Assembly (NCBI GenBank): GCA_051883515.1
Contig: JBJETW010000008.1
Span: 81,244 to 145,243, forward strand
Origin: Candidatus Onthoplasma sp.
GTDB taxonomy: Bacteria; Bacillota; Clostridia; Christensenellales; UBA1242
Length of the DNA: 64,000 nt
Reading direction: 5' to 3'
This document shows positions 1-8,576 of this stretch, in pieces; within the stretch, counting starts at the first letter, position 1, and each line of letters opens with the position of its first letter. A model generated the notes under the pieces. It made no database searches. It was not told where the DNA came from and saw only the letters and a program-made list of their open reading frames with translations. Made by a program: the position numbers and the translations under genes.

Positions 1-723
1 ATATTTGCAAATTTAAAACCTGATGACTATGCCGTTATAAATTTAGACAACAAAATTTCACCACAAAAATCCAGTTTAACACTTACATATTCGCAAAAAC
101 GACTTGCTGATGTTTACTTAAAAAATGGGGCAATTTTTTATCATTCAACCAAAATTGTAAATTTAAATGAAATGAATTTAAAAGGAAAGCACAATGTTTA
201 CAATGTGATGTGTGCAATATGTTTTGCGATTATTAAAAAGGTGTCAATTCCGAAAATTAGACAAGCAATTATTGAATTTACACCAGACAAATATAGAATT
301 GAATTGACAAAAAGAATAAATGAAATCAATTTTTATAATGACAGCAAATCAACAAATATTGCTTCAACTTTGGCGAGTGTTGAGACGGTTAAGGGCGCAA
401 TAATTTTGTTGCTGGGAGGTTCGAAAAAAGGACTTGACTACGAACAATTATTTGAAAAAATGACAAAACGAGTCAAACATATTTTTGCATTTGGTGAAAT
501 TGCAAACGATTTAGAAATGGCAAATAATGATAAATTCAAATTGACGAAGTGTGACAATTTAAATCATGCGTTTGACCAAGCGGTGAGAGTTGCAAAGAAA
601 AACGACTCAGTTCTTTTGTCACCAGCAAGTGCAAGTTATGACGAATTTTCTAACTATATTGAGCGTGGAAAGGCGTTTGACAAAAAGGTGATGGAATATG
701 AAACTCAAACAGCGAAAAGATAG
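1..723 (+). CDS. murD: UDP-N-acetylmuramoylalanine--D-glutamate ligase MurD, C-terminal part (5' end lies outside the window)
   Basis: Frame 1 is open from nt 1 with no stop. Mur-ligase C-terminal motifs are present (LKGKHNvyN, NDSKSTN, LLLGGSKKG). It sits directly upstream of ftsW, as in dcw clusters. Confidence 0.85.
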   Translation: MFANLKPDDYAVINLDNKISPQKSSLTLTYSQKRLADVYLKNGAIFYHSTKIVNLNEMNLKGKHNVYNVMCAICFAIIKKVSIPKIRQAIIEFTPDKYRIELTKRINEINFYNDSKSTNIASTLASVETVKGAIILLLGGSKKGLDYEQLFEKMTKRVKHIFAFGEIANDLEMANNDKFKLTKCDNLNHAFDQAVRVAKKNDSVLLSPASASYDEFSNYIERGKAFDKKVMEYETQTAKR

Positions 724-1801
724 CATAATAATCACCATTTGCACACTCATGTTGGCTATATTTGGCTGTGTTATGGTCTATTCTGCCAGCAAATATTCAG
801 CCACAGTGCAATATAATCAACCTTTTTTCTATTTAAAAAAACAAATTCTTGGCGTTTGCTTAGGACTGATTGGAATGATTGTTTTTTCATTTATTAACCA
901 TAAACTTTTTAAGAAGTTTTATTGGATTTTTTACATAGTTGGACTAGTTATGCTTTTGCTTGTATTCATTCCGGGACTAGGCAAAACAAGTTATGGCGCG
1001 ACAAGATGGATAGGAATTGGAAGTTTTACAATCCAACCAAGCGAAATAGCAAAATTCTGTTTGGTGATTTTTTTGGCAGGATTTTTATCAAATGGAGACA
1101 AACTTGAAAAATGGCAAAATGTTGTAATAACATTGTTAATGGGCGGAATTTATTGCGTTCTTATAATGCTTGAACCTAACATGTCAATCACAATTTGTGT
1201 TGCACTGACGCTCATATTTATGATGTTTGTTGGCGGATTGAGACTTAAAGTTTTTGGATTGTTGTCAATTCCTGCGCTCGCATTGGTTGTCGTTTTAATT
1301 TTGGTGGAACCATATCGACTTAGCAGAATTGTTGCTTTCATAAATCCTTGGGAAAATCCGCTCGATGAAGGATATCAACTTATTCAGTCACTTTATGCCA
1401 TCGGAAGTGGTGGAGTGTGGGGCGTGGGTCTATTCAATAGTAGACAAGCAGAATTGTTTTTGCCATTCAGCGAATCAGATTTCATATTTTCAATCATTGC
1501 AGAAGAATTAGGGTTTGTGGGTTGCTTGTGTTTGTGCTTGGTGTTTTTGTTGCTGATAATTTCTATTTTTAGAATTGGAATCAGGGCAAACAACAAATTT
1601 TCAGCATTTACGTGCTTTGGAATCGGTGCAATCATAAGCATTCAAGTTTTGTTAAACATTGCAGTCGTGACCGGTTCAATTCCACCAACAGGACTTCCGC
1701 TTCCATTTATATCCTCCGGCTCAACTTCGTTATTAGTCTTTATGAGTGCGATTGGAATAGTTTTGAATGTGGATAGGCAGAGCAGTAATAGTAAAATTTA
1801 A
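698..1801 (+). CDS. ftsW: SEDS-family peptidoglycan polymerase / cell-division protein FtsW (SpoVE-like)
   Basis: 367-aa multi-TM protein with a C-terminal PTGLPLPFISSGSTS motif typical of FtsW/RodA/SpoVE. AAGGTGA SD lies upstream of the ATG. The start overlaps the murD stop. Confidence 0.9.
   Translation: MKLKQRKDSIIITICTLMLAIFGCVMVYSASKYSATVQYNQPFFYLKKQILGVCLGLIGMIVFSFINHKLFKKFYWIFYIVGLVMLLLVFIPGLGKTSYGATRWIGIGSFTIQPSEIAKFCLVIFLAGFLSNGDKLEKWQNVVITLLMGGIYCVLIMLEPNMSITICVALTLIFMMFVGGLRLKVFGLLSIPALALVVVLILVEPYRLSRIVAFINPWENPLDEGYQLIQSLYAIGSGGVWGVGLFNSRQAELFLPFSESDFIFSIIAEELGFVGCLCLCLVFLLLIISIFRIGIRANNKFSAFTCFGIGAIISIQVLLNIAVVTGSIPPTGLPLPFISSGSTSLLVFMSAIGIVLNVDRQSSNSKI
1675..1780. repeat. Direct repeat copy A (functional 3' end of ftsW)
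   Basis: Aligns without gaps to 2445-2550. I count 83/106 identical nt and 31/36 identical aa. Confidence 0.8.
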
Positions 1802-1895
1802 TGTATACAAAGTGCATGCATGTCGTGTGCATTTTTTGTTTTAATAGTATTTACAAATTATTGAGATTGTGATAATATTTACATAGGAGAAAATA

Positions 1896-2414
1896 ATGAT
1901 AACAAAACAGACAAGGGATGATAAAGGATATTATGATTTGAAAATTTCCGATAAAAATGGTAAGTCATTTATTATGACCGTTGGTGGCAATTTAGATTTA
2001 TATTGGATACCAGAAAATCATAAAGAAAATCGAGTTTTTGAAATAGATAAAGATGACAAAATTACTTTTAGTGTATTTGAACAGCTATTTAATGCAGTTA
2101 AGAAAAATGATGATAAATATCGTCCTATATTAAAAGATAACACAATTACTTTTATAAGCGAAGATTGGCATGAAGATGAGGCAAATATTTTAAATATAAA
2201 AAAAATAAGAGATGCTTTTATAATTGAATTTATTAAAAATGAAAATGAGCAAAGTTGGAGTTTACCACATAGAGGTTGTGTAATTTGTTTTTGCAACAGC
2301 GGTAGTAGAGTTCCAAAAGTTGAGTCATTATTTATGAGAATGTTTAATTTTCTTGCTTATGAATGCGATTTGATCCAATGCGAAAAGAGTGAGGATGAAA
2401 AAATAAATCAATAA
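1896..2414 (+). CDS. Hypothetical 172-aa cytosolic protein with a C-terminal Cys cluster (orphan cassette gene)
   Basis: AGGAGAA SD lies 6 nt before the ATG. The ORF is uninterrupted, with GCVICFC...YECDLIQC Cys motifs. I recognise no family. Confidence 0.55.
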   Translation: MITKQTRDDKGYYDLKISDKNGKSFIMTVGGNLDLYWIPENHKENRVFEIDKDDKITFSVFEQLFNAVKKNDDKYRPILKDNTITFISEDWHEDEANILNIKKIRDAFIIEFIKNENEQSWSLPHRGCVICFCNSGSRVPKVESLFMRMFNFLAYECDLIQCEKSEDEKINQ

Positions 2415-2439
2415 TTCTATAATACAACAATTAATGTTA

Positions 2440-2560
2440 AGAGATTCAATTCCATCAACAGGACTTCCACTTCCGTTCATATCGGCAGGCTCCACAAGTT
2501 TCCTTGTCTTTATGAGTGCAATTGGCGTGGTGTTGAATGTAGATAGGGAAAGTAGGGAAA
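2440..2560 (+). pseudogene. Stranded 3'-terminal fragment of a second ftsW allele (direct repeat copy B = 2445-2550)
   Basis: Encodes SIPSTGLPLPFISAGSTSFLVFMSAIGVVLNVDRES, versus SIPPTGLPLPFISSGSTSLLVFMSAIGIVLNVDRQS at the end of ftsW. No ftsW body lies upstream of it. Confidence 0.75.
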
Positions 2561-2603
2561 AGTTTTGCTATATTAAAACGAGTAAAAATAGTTATAAGCA
2601 AAT

Positions 2604-2637
2604 AAAAAATGCATGCGAAATCGTATGCGTTTTTTTA
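2604..2637. terminator. Bidirectional intrinsic terminator
   Basis: A-tract, then gcatgcg-aaat-cgtatgc stem-loop (7 bp, one G-U), then T-tract. It lies between the ftsW relic (+) and the 293-aa gene (-). Confidence 0.5.
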
Positions 2638-2677
2638 TTTGGATTATAAAGTAAATATTTTACTGGTATTTTATAAA

Positions 2678-3559
2678 TTAAAGTTCATATCCATTTTCTG
2701 ATTTCTTTTCTCGTTTTTTACATACTTGTTCATATTGTTCTCTTGAAATCAGGTGATTATTGTAAATGGCAGTATATAATTTTTTGCGTATTTTTTTTAA
2801 TTTATTTTCCAATGTCTCAATTTGTTTTATATCCATAAATTGTGTAAAATTCAAAAAATCTTTGAATGGCCACAATATTTCATTTACAATAGTAGCGTTG
2901 TTTTTTAGGTTGTTTTTTCCATTAAAAGATAGGTCAATAAAAGATATTCCCTGTTTTTTGCTGAAAATAAAATTTTCAGACCTATAAAAATCAATTTGAA
3001 CACCATTTTTTGTTAGTAAAACGAAATCTCTCACATATTTGTCAAACATTCTTTGTTTTGATTCCACTAATTGTCCTAGAATATTGTTGTTGTAGTTAAA
3101 CAAAAATTTTCCGATAAATTTTTCTTCGTATGGTAAAATAGTTTCTGCCTGTTTGCGTACTTTTTCTGTGGCACTTTCGTCGCACACATAACTTTCGTAT
3201 GCAAGCGCTTTGGCTGTGTGGGGATAATATATACTCAAATTTTGACCTTTTACACGTTCTTGAATTACAAACTGTTGATTATTTACAGTAAATTCGGCAA
3301 ACAAGGTGGGTGTGTTAACATTGTACTCAGATTTCAATTTGTTGATAGTACTCTTTAAATCGTAGAAGTTTGTGTTTTGTTTTTCACTATTTGTGCTACT
3401 AATTGAACGTAGGATTACAAAATTTCCACATTCATAACAATAAGAGTAAGAACCCTTAAAATTTGGTTTTATCTCTTTTTTGAGAATTTTTGTCATATAC
3501 TTTTGCAACACACTGTTTATTTTTTCATTTTCAACATAGATAATATTTTGCATATTCAT
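2678..3559 (-). CDS. Hypothetical 293-aa protein, possibly protein-kinase-like / APH-CotS-like fold
   Basis: Long clean ORF on the opposite strand. Motif order resembles PK-like kinases: FVIQERVKGQNL (hinge-like), IDFYRSENFIF (D..N catalytic-loop-like), ISFIDLSF (DFG-equivalent-like). No SD is visible. Confidence 0.5.
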   Translation of the reverse strand: MNMQNIIYVENEKINSVLQKYMTKILKKEIKPNFKGSYSYCYECGNFVILRSISSTNSEKQNTNFYDLKSTINKLKSEYNVNTPTLFAEFTVNNQQFVIQERVKGQNLSIYYPHTAKALAYESYVCDESATEKVRKQAETILPYEEKFIGKFLFNYNNNILGQLVESKQRMFDKYVRDFVLLTKNGVQIDFYRSENFIFSKKQGISFIDLSFNGKNNLKNNATIVNEILWPFKDFLNFTQFMDIKQIETLENKLKKIRKKLYTAIYNNHLISREQYEQVCKKREKKSENGYEL

Positions 3560-3874
3560 ATATTAATACATTGATAGTAAAAAATCAATACTAATTTCAT
3601 TTTTCAATTTAAAAATGCGATTTTATGTGTTAATTATAACATTAGTTAAATAAATTTTTTATTAGATTAATCCAAATTTAATGTTTGTTAATATGTTTGA
3701 CATTTACAAATATTTATAGGTGTCATAACGCCCAGATAATTTCCGTTGCTGTTTGTCATCTTAGGGACACATTGCTTGTTGTTTTTATTTCCGCAATAGC
3801 CAGTGTGTGGATATTGAAGTATAAAATTAAGTTCAGATAAAATCAGAAATTGATTAATCTTCATAAATATAGTT

Positions 3875-5128
3875 ATGAAGAGTAAAATTATAATTAATGG
3901 CGGAAAACCCTTATTGGGGAAAATAAAAAATCAAGTGTCAAAAAACGCAAGTCTTCCAATTCTCAGTGCTTGTTTGCTTGCTTGTGATGAAATCTCACTT
4001 TTTGACCTTCCAAATCTTTCAGATATCAACAACATGAAAAAGATACTGCTTGGTCTTGGAGTTGAAATTAAACAAGAGGGAAATATCACAAAAATCAACC
4101 CCCAAAAGGCAAGTTTCCATGAAATAAGTGAAAAACTTTCAAAAAGCATGCGCTCATCGATTTTTTTGCTTGGACCATTGCTAGCCAGATTTAAGTGTGC
4201 AAGTATAAGCATGCCAGGTGGGTGTAAAATTGGAGAAAGACCAATTGATATTCATTTAAAAGGATTAAAAACTCTTGGTGTTAAAATGACCAGTTTGGGA
4301 GACAAAATTTTTTTCAACGCTTTAAATTCACATTCTGGAACGGTAAAATTAAAAATTCCAAGCGTTGGGGCAACAGAAAACTTGGTTATGTTTGCTTGCA
4401 CTCAAAAAGGTAAAACAACTCTAAAAAACGTTGCAAGAGAACCAGAAGTTGTTGACCTTTGCTCGTTTTTAAACAAAATGGGCGCGAAAATATATGGTGC
4501 AGGAACAAAAAAAATCGTTATACATGGCGTTGAAAATCTAAAAGGAACAACATACAAACCTATGTATGACCGAATTGTGGCTGGAACAATTATGACCGCA
4601 GTTGCAGGTTGTGGCGGAGAAGTGGAAATTGAAAATGCTTGTAGTTATGAAAATGAAAAGCTGATTGAAATTCTCACTTCATTTGGTTGTCAAATTAGTT
4701 CGTGTTGTGATATAATAAAAATACAAAGTGACAAAAATCTTATGTCATGTGGTCAAATTGAAACCGGATTTTATCCTGAATTTCCAACCGACTTGCAGTC
4801 TATGATTTTGGTTTTAAGTTGTGTTGCAATCGGAGAGACAACAATTGTTGAAAACGTTTTTGAAAATCGTTTTTTGGTGACAAAACAACTTGAAAAATTA
4901 CACGCAAAAATACAACAAATTTCAAGTCACGCTGTAAAAATTAATTCTTCGAAACTCATTGGGAATGAAGTTCAAGCGAAGGATTTGCGTGGAGGAGCGA
5001 GTCTTGTCTTGGCGGGTTTGTTTGCAGAAGGTGAAACAAAAATCAAAGGTGTGGAATTTATTGACCGCGGATATGAATCAATTGAAACAATTTTTTCGTC
5101 ACTTGGAGCGGATATAAAGAGAATATGA
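3875..5128 (+). CDS. murA: UDP-N-acetylglucosamine 1-carboxyvinyltransferase
   Basis: 417 aa. The N-terminus INGGKPLLGKIKNQVSKNASLPIL and the catalytic-Cys loop PGGCKIGERPID are classic MurA. Confidence 0.92.
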   Translation: MKSKIIINGGKPLLGKIKNQVSKNASLPILSACLLACDEISLFDLPNLSDINNMKKILLGLGVEIKQEGNITKINPQKASFHEISEKLSKSMRSSIFLLGPLLARFKCASISMPGGCKIGERPIDIHLKGLKTLGVKMTSLGDKIFFNALNSHSGTVKLKIPSVGATENLVMFACTQKGKTTLKNVAREPEVVDLCSFLNKMGAKIYGAGTKKIVIHGVENLKGTTYKPMYDRIVAGTIMTAVAGCGGEVEIENACSYENEKLIEILTSFGCQISSCCDIIKIQSDKNLMSCGQIETGFYPEFPTDLQSMILVLSCVAIGETTIVENVFENRFLVTKQLEKLHAKIQQISSHAVKINSSKLIGNEVQAKDLRGGASLVLAGLFAEGETKIKGVEFIDRGYESIETIFSSLGADIKRI

Positions 5129-5955
5129 ACAAAAGAAAAATTATAATAACTTCAATAGTTTTAGGTGTTGTGCTTTTAATGATAATTTCATTTTGCACAA
5201 TATTTCGTGTAAGAAAAAGATTAGTCACACAAGTTGGAGAAGAAAGTGTTGCAATTTCATCAGAAGAAGTGTTATCTGCCTCTGGATTGAAAAAAGGTCA
5301 ATTTACTCTTTCAATAAATAAGGATAAAATAACGCAAAACATTGAAAACAAATTGCCTGAAATAAAAGTTGTACAAATTAGAACAATCAGTCCAATTTCT
5401 GTTGAAATTGTGGTTGAGAACAGGATTAAAACATATTATTCAAGTGTGGAAATCCAAGGAGAAACAAAATTCTTTGTGATGGACGAAGAATTAAAAGTTC
5501 TTGAAATTTCAGACACATTATCTCAAACTTACATTGAAATTTCAAATTCAATTTTAAACATTTCTGAAAACACTGAACTATATTCATTTGTAGGAAATAA
5601 GTCTATTCAACAAATTGTTTCTTCCTTTTATGTATCTGCATACAAAACCATGACAGATGCACCAACGAAACAAGAATCAAGAGAACAAATTTTATCAATG
5701 GTGGAGAAGATAGAAATAAAAGATGACGGAATAACATTGTCTGAGAGATATAATAGATTGATTATCACGACAAAATCATCTTCTGGCTATGGAGCAAGTT
5801 TCGACATCGCAAAACCTGAAATCGATTTAACCAGAAAATTAAACATGTGTGTGTCAGCGCTAAATAGTGGTGAATTTGACAAAACTAGTGGCACTTTTCA
5901 GATTAAACTCAAAGCAGATGGAACGGAATATTTTGGGCACATTGACGTCGAATAA
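5125..5955 (+). CDS. ftsQ: Cell division protein FtsQ/DivIB
   Basis: ATGA overlap with murA. It has an N-terminal TM anchor followed by a POTRA-like segment (VAISSEEVLSASGLKKGQ...LPEIKVVQIRTISPISVEIVVENR). It lies upstream of ftsA. Confidence 0.7.
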   Translation: MNKRKIIITSIVLGVVLLMIISFCTIFRVRKRLVTQVGEESVAISSEEVLSASGLKKGQFTLSINKDKITQNIENKLPEIKVVQIRTISPISVEIVVENRIKTYYSSVEIQGETKFFVMDEELKVLEISDTLSQTYIEISNSILNISENTELYSFVGNKSIQQIVSSFYVSAYKTMTDAPTKQESREQILSMVEKIEIKDDGITLSERYNRLIITTKSSSGYGASFDIAKPEIDLTRKLNMCVSALNSGEFDKTSGTFQIKLKADGTEYFGHIDVE

Positions 5956-5969
5956 CACAATATAAAATT

Positions 5970-6002
5970 GGACAAAACATTAAAAATTTTTGTCTTTTTT
6001 TA
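5970..6002 (+). terminator. Intrinsic terminator after ftsQ
   Basis: gacaaaa ... ttttgtc stem followed by a T8 tract. Confidence 0.6.
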
Positions 6003-6104
6003 TTTTTAAATCATGTAAATAGTGTATTTATGCCAACATACAACACAATATAATGTGTAGTTAATAAAAAATTTAAAATTTATGGCAATAAATTATTAAA
6101 ACGA

Positions 6105-6133
6105 TTGACTAGAAATCAAAGATTTCGTATAAT
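6105..6133 (+). promoter_or_regulatory. SigA-type promoter for ftsA-ftsZ
   Basis: TTGACT, 17 nt, TATAAT. The ATG at 6152 is 18 nt downstream with no SD. Confidence 0.5.
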
Positions 6134-6151
6134 TATTTTAGTCGATTAATT

Positions 6152-7273
6152 ATGCGGGGGTTGAATTTGCAAAAATTGAAATACATTTTAGACATTGGCT
6201 CTTCAAGTTTGAGATTATTTTCCACTATTAAGCTCAAAAAAAATGCTCAAATAATTGCAAGCGAAGATGTTTTATATGATGGATTTATGGACGGCGAATT
6301 TTTGTCTCCTGACAAGTTGACGCAAGAATTGTCAAAATTGATTGATTCTCTATGTTCAAAATTGAAGAGAACAATAAAAGAGATAATTGTCGGAGTCCCT
6401 GGAGATTTTTCGGTTTGTGTGTGCAAAAGAATTTCAAGAAAATTTGTTGAACTACATAAATTTACAGACCAAGACTTGGCAAAAATATTTGAAGACAATG
6501 CAAATTTTGGTGACAGTTTGGAGTATGTTCCAATTCATTGTAGCACAATGCAGTGCACTTTGGACGGAAACGAAAAGTGTGTTTCTCCGGTTAATAAAAA
6601 ATCTTCATCTGTTGTTTTGGACGTAAGTTATATTTTGGTGAAAAAATCTTTTGTTAAAATCATTCAAGATTGCTTAACGAGTTTAGGAATTCAAAAAGTG
6701 GAGTTTGTTTCAACTCCTTTGGCTCAAGCGATAATGTGTCAAAAACAAGAAAATGCAACTAGACCAATAATTTTGGTCGATTGCGGTCATATTTCTACCA
6801 ATGTGTTTGTGATAAAGGGTGAAGGTCTGGCTTTGCTTAGTTCGTTTTCAATGGGTGGAGGTCACATTTCATCAGACATTATGCAAATTCTTGGATTGAC
6901 ATTTAAACAAGCAGAGTTGATTAAGCGCAAGGCTGTTTTAACAGTTGAAAGTGCAAAAAATAACAATTATGAATTGTGTGTTTCAGGCGACCAAATTAAA
7001 GCGCCGATAAACATGACAAATCAAATTATAAAAAGCAGGATTGAACTTATTGCAAAAGTTGTTAAAAACATTTTGTCAATTGACACTATGTTTAACAACC
7101 TTGAACTGTACATAACTGGTGATGGAGTCGCAAACTACAAAGGTGCAAAAATGATTTTTGAAGAAGTGACTGGTCATAAAACAAAAGAGTTTAAAGTTCC
7201 GTTTGACAACTCTTTTGATAAATATCAAACATCAAAAACGGGCTTGGCATCGTTTGCTGAAATGGTTATTTAG
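6152..7273 (+). CDS. ftsA: Cell division protein FtsA (actin-like ATPase), short form
   Basis: LDIGSSSLR phosphate-1-like motif, VDCGHISTNV, and GGGHISSDIMQILGLTFKQAELIKRK. It lies immediately upstream of ftsZ. Confidence 0.8.
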   Translation: MRGLNLQKLKYILDIGSSSLRLFSTIKLKKNAQIIASEDVLYDGFMDGEFLSPDKLTQELSKLIDSLCSKLKRTIKEIIVGVPGDFSVCVCKRISRKFVELHKFTDQDLAKIFEDNANFGDSLEYVPIHCSTMQCTLDGNEKCVSPVNKKSSSVVLDVSYILVKKSFVKIIQDCLTSLGIQKVEFVSTPLAQAIMCQKQENATRPIILVDCGHISTNVFVIKGEGLALLSSFSMGGGHISSDIMQILGLTFKQAELIKRKAVLTVESAKNNNYELCVSGDQIKAPINMTNQIIKSRIELIAKVVKNILSIDTMFNNLELYITGDGVANYKGAKMIFEEVTGHKTKEFKVPFDNSFDKYQTSKTGLASFAEMVI

Positions 7274-7286
7274 GGAGAAAATTCTT

Positions 7287-8507
7287 ATGGAAATGACAAA
7301 TAATGTGTGCAATATTAAAGTTGTTGGAGTCGGTGGCGCTGGAAACAATGCAGTAAACCGAATGATTGCAGCGGGTGTTGGTGGTGTTTATTTTGTTGCA
7401 GTTAACACAGATAAACAAGACCTTATGATGTCAAATGCAGACAGAATAATACAAATTGGAACAAATTTGACAAAAGGTCTTGGTGCGGGTTCAAATTCTG
7501 ACATTGGCAAAGCGGCAGCAGAAGAGAGTGAACAAGAATTGAAAGAAATGCTTCAAGGAACTGACCTTGTTTTCGTAACAGCAGGCCTTGGCGGTGGAAC
7601 TGGAAACGGGGCAGCACCTGTAATTGCAAAATACGCTCACGAAATGGGAATTTTGACTGTTGGTGTTGTGACAAAACCTTTCAGATTTGAAGGACCAAAA
7701 CGTGCACAAAACGCAGAACAGGGCATGGCAGAATTAAAAAAGAACGTGGATTCTTTGGTCGTTATCCCAAATGATAAATTATACACTATGTTTAAAAAAG
7801 ATGTTGCTTTTGTTGATGCATTTAGATATGCAGACGATGTTTTAAGACAAGCAATCCAAGGTGTCAGCGATGTTATTTCTGTTGCTGGTTCAATCAACCT
7901 TGACTTTGCCGATGTTGCAACAATCATGAGAAACAAGGGCATTGCACATATGGGCATTGGTCGTGGAAGAGGCGCCAACAAGACAATTGAAGCAGTGCGT
8001 CAAGCAGTCACAAGTCAGTTGCTTGAAACAAGCATTGAGGGTGCAACTGGAATTTTGATTAATATTGCGGGTGGTGACGATTTAACAGTGTCAGAGGTCT
8101 ATGAAGCAGCGGATTTGGTTAGAGATGTTGCTGACCCTAATTGTAATGTTATTTTTGGTGCTAATTTCAATAATAACACACCTGGAGAAGTTGTTGTCAC
8201 AATCATTGCAACTGGATTTGAAAAGGAAGAACAAAAGCCGGTTGAAACAACCCCAGAATTTAAAGATAATAGGGTTGATTTGAAAACATTTTTAGCACAA
8301 GACAACGGGCAAGAACCAGCAATCCAAGAAGAATTGTTGGGAGAAGATGAAATTGAAGCTTTAAATCAAACTCAAAACGAGCGAACAATCGAAGAGCAAG
8401 AAAGTGAAGAGCAAAATGAACAAGTTGAAGACATTTCAATTGCAAATTCAAAACCTGTTTTAGATGAAGACGATATTCCACCTTTCCTAAGAAAATTGAA
8501 GAAATAA
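7287..8507 (+). CDS. ftsZ: Cell division GTPase FtsZ
   Basis: GVGGAGNNAVNRM and GGGTGNGAAPV tubulin signature, plus the C-terminal DDIPPFLRK peptide. GGGAGAAA SD at 7273-7280 selects the ATG at 7287 rather than the ORF-track start at 7203. Confidence 0.95.
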   Translation: MEMTNNVCNIKVVGVGGAGNNAVNRMIAAGVGGVYFVAVNTDKQDLMMSNADRIIQIGTNLTKGLGAGSNSDIGKAAAEESEQELKEMLQGTDLVFVTAGLGGGTGNGAAPVIAKYAHEMGILTVGVVTKPFRFEGPKRAQNAEQGMAELKKNVDSLVVIPNDKLYTMFKKDVAFVDAFRYADDVLRQAIQGVSDVISVAGSINLDFADVATIMRNKGIAHMGIGRGRGANKTIEAVRQAVTSQLLETSIEGATGILINIAGGDDLTVSEVYEAADLVRDVADPNCNVIFGANFNNNTPGEVVVTIIATGFEKEEQKPVETTPEFKDNRVDLKTFLAQDNGQEPAIQEELLGEDEIEALNQTQNERTIEEQESEEQNEQVEDISIANSKPVLDEDDIPPFLRKLKK

Positions 8508-8547
8508 TTGTCTTTTACATAAAATAAAAATTTTCTTTTAAAATTTA

Positions 8548-8576
8548 AAATACGACCAAAGCGGTCGTATTTTTCT
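8548..8576. terminator. Bidirectional intrinsic terminator (ftsZ / ABC permease)
   Basis: tacgacc-aaagc-ggtcgta stem-loop flanked by an A-tract and a T-tract. Confidence 0.6.

Noticed and set aside
2434-2649. 71-aa ORF treated as a gene.
   Set aside because: Its conserved part is just the last ~36 codons of ftsW. The remainder reads through a terminator hairpin. It is interpreted as a relic fragment.
7203-7286. Upstream extension of the ftsZ ORF (ORF-track start at 7203).
   Set aside because: It overlaps the ftsA 3' end by 71 nt and encodes non-FtsZ sequence. GGGAGAAA at 7273-7280 supports the ATG at 7287, which gives the canonical FtsZ N-terminus.
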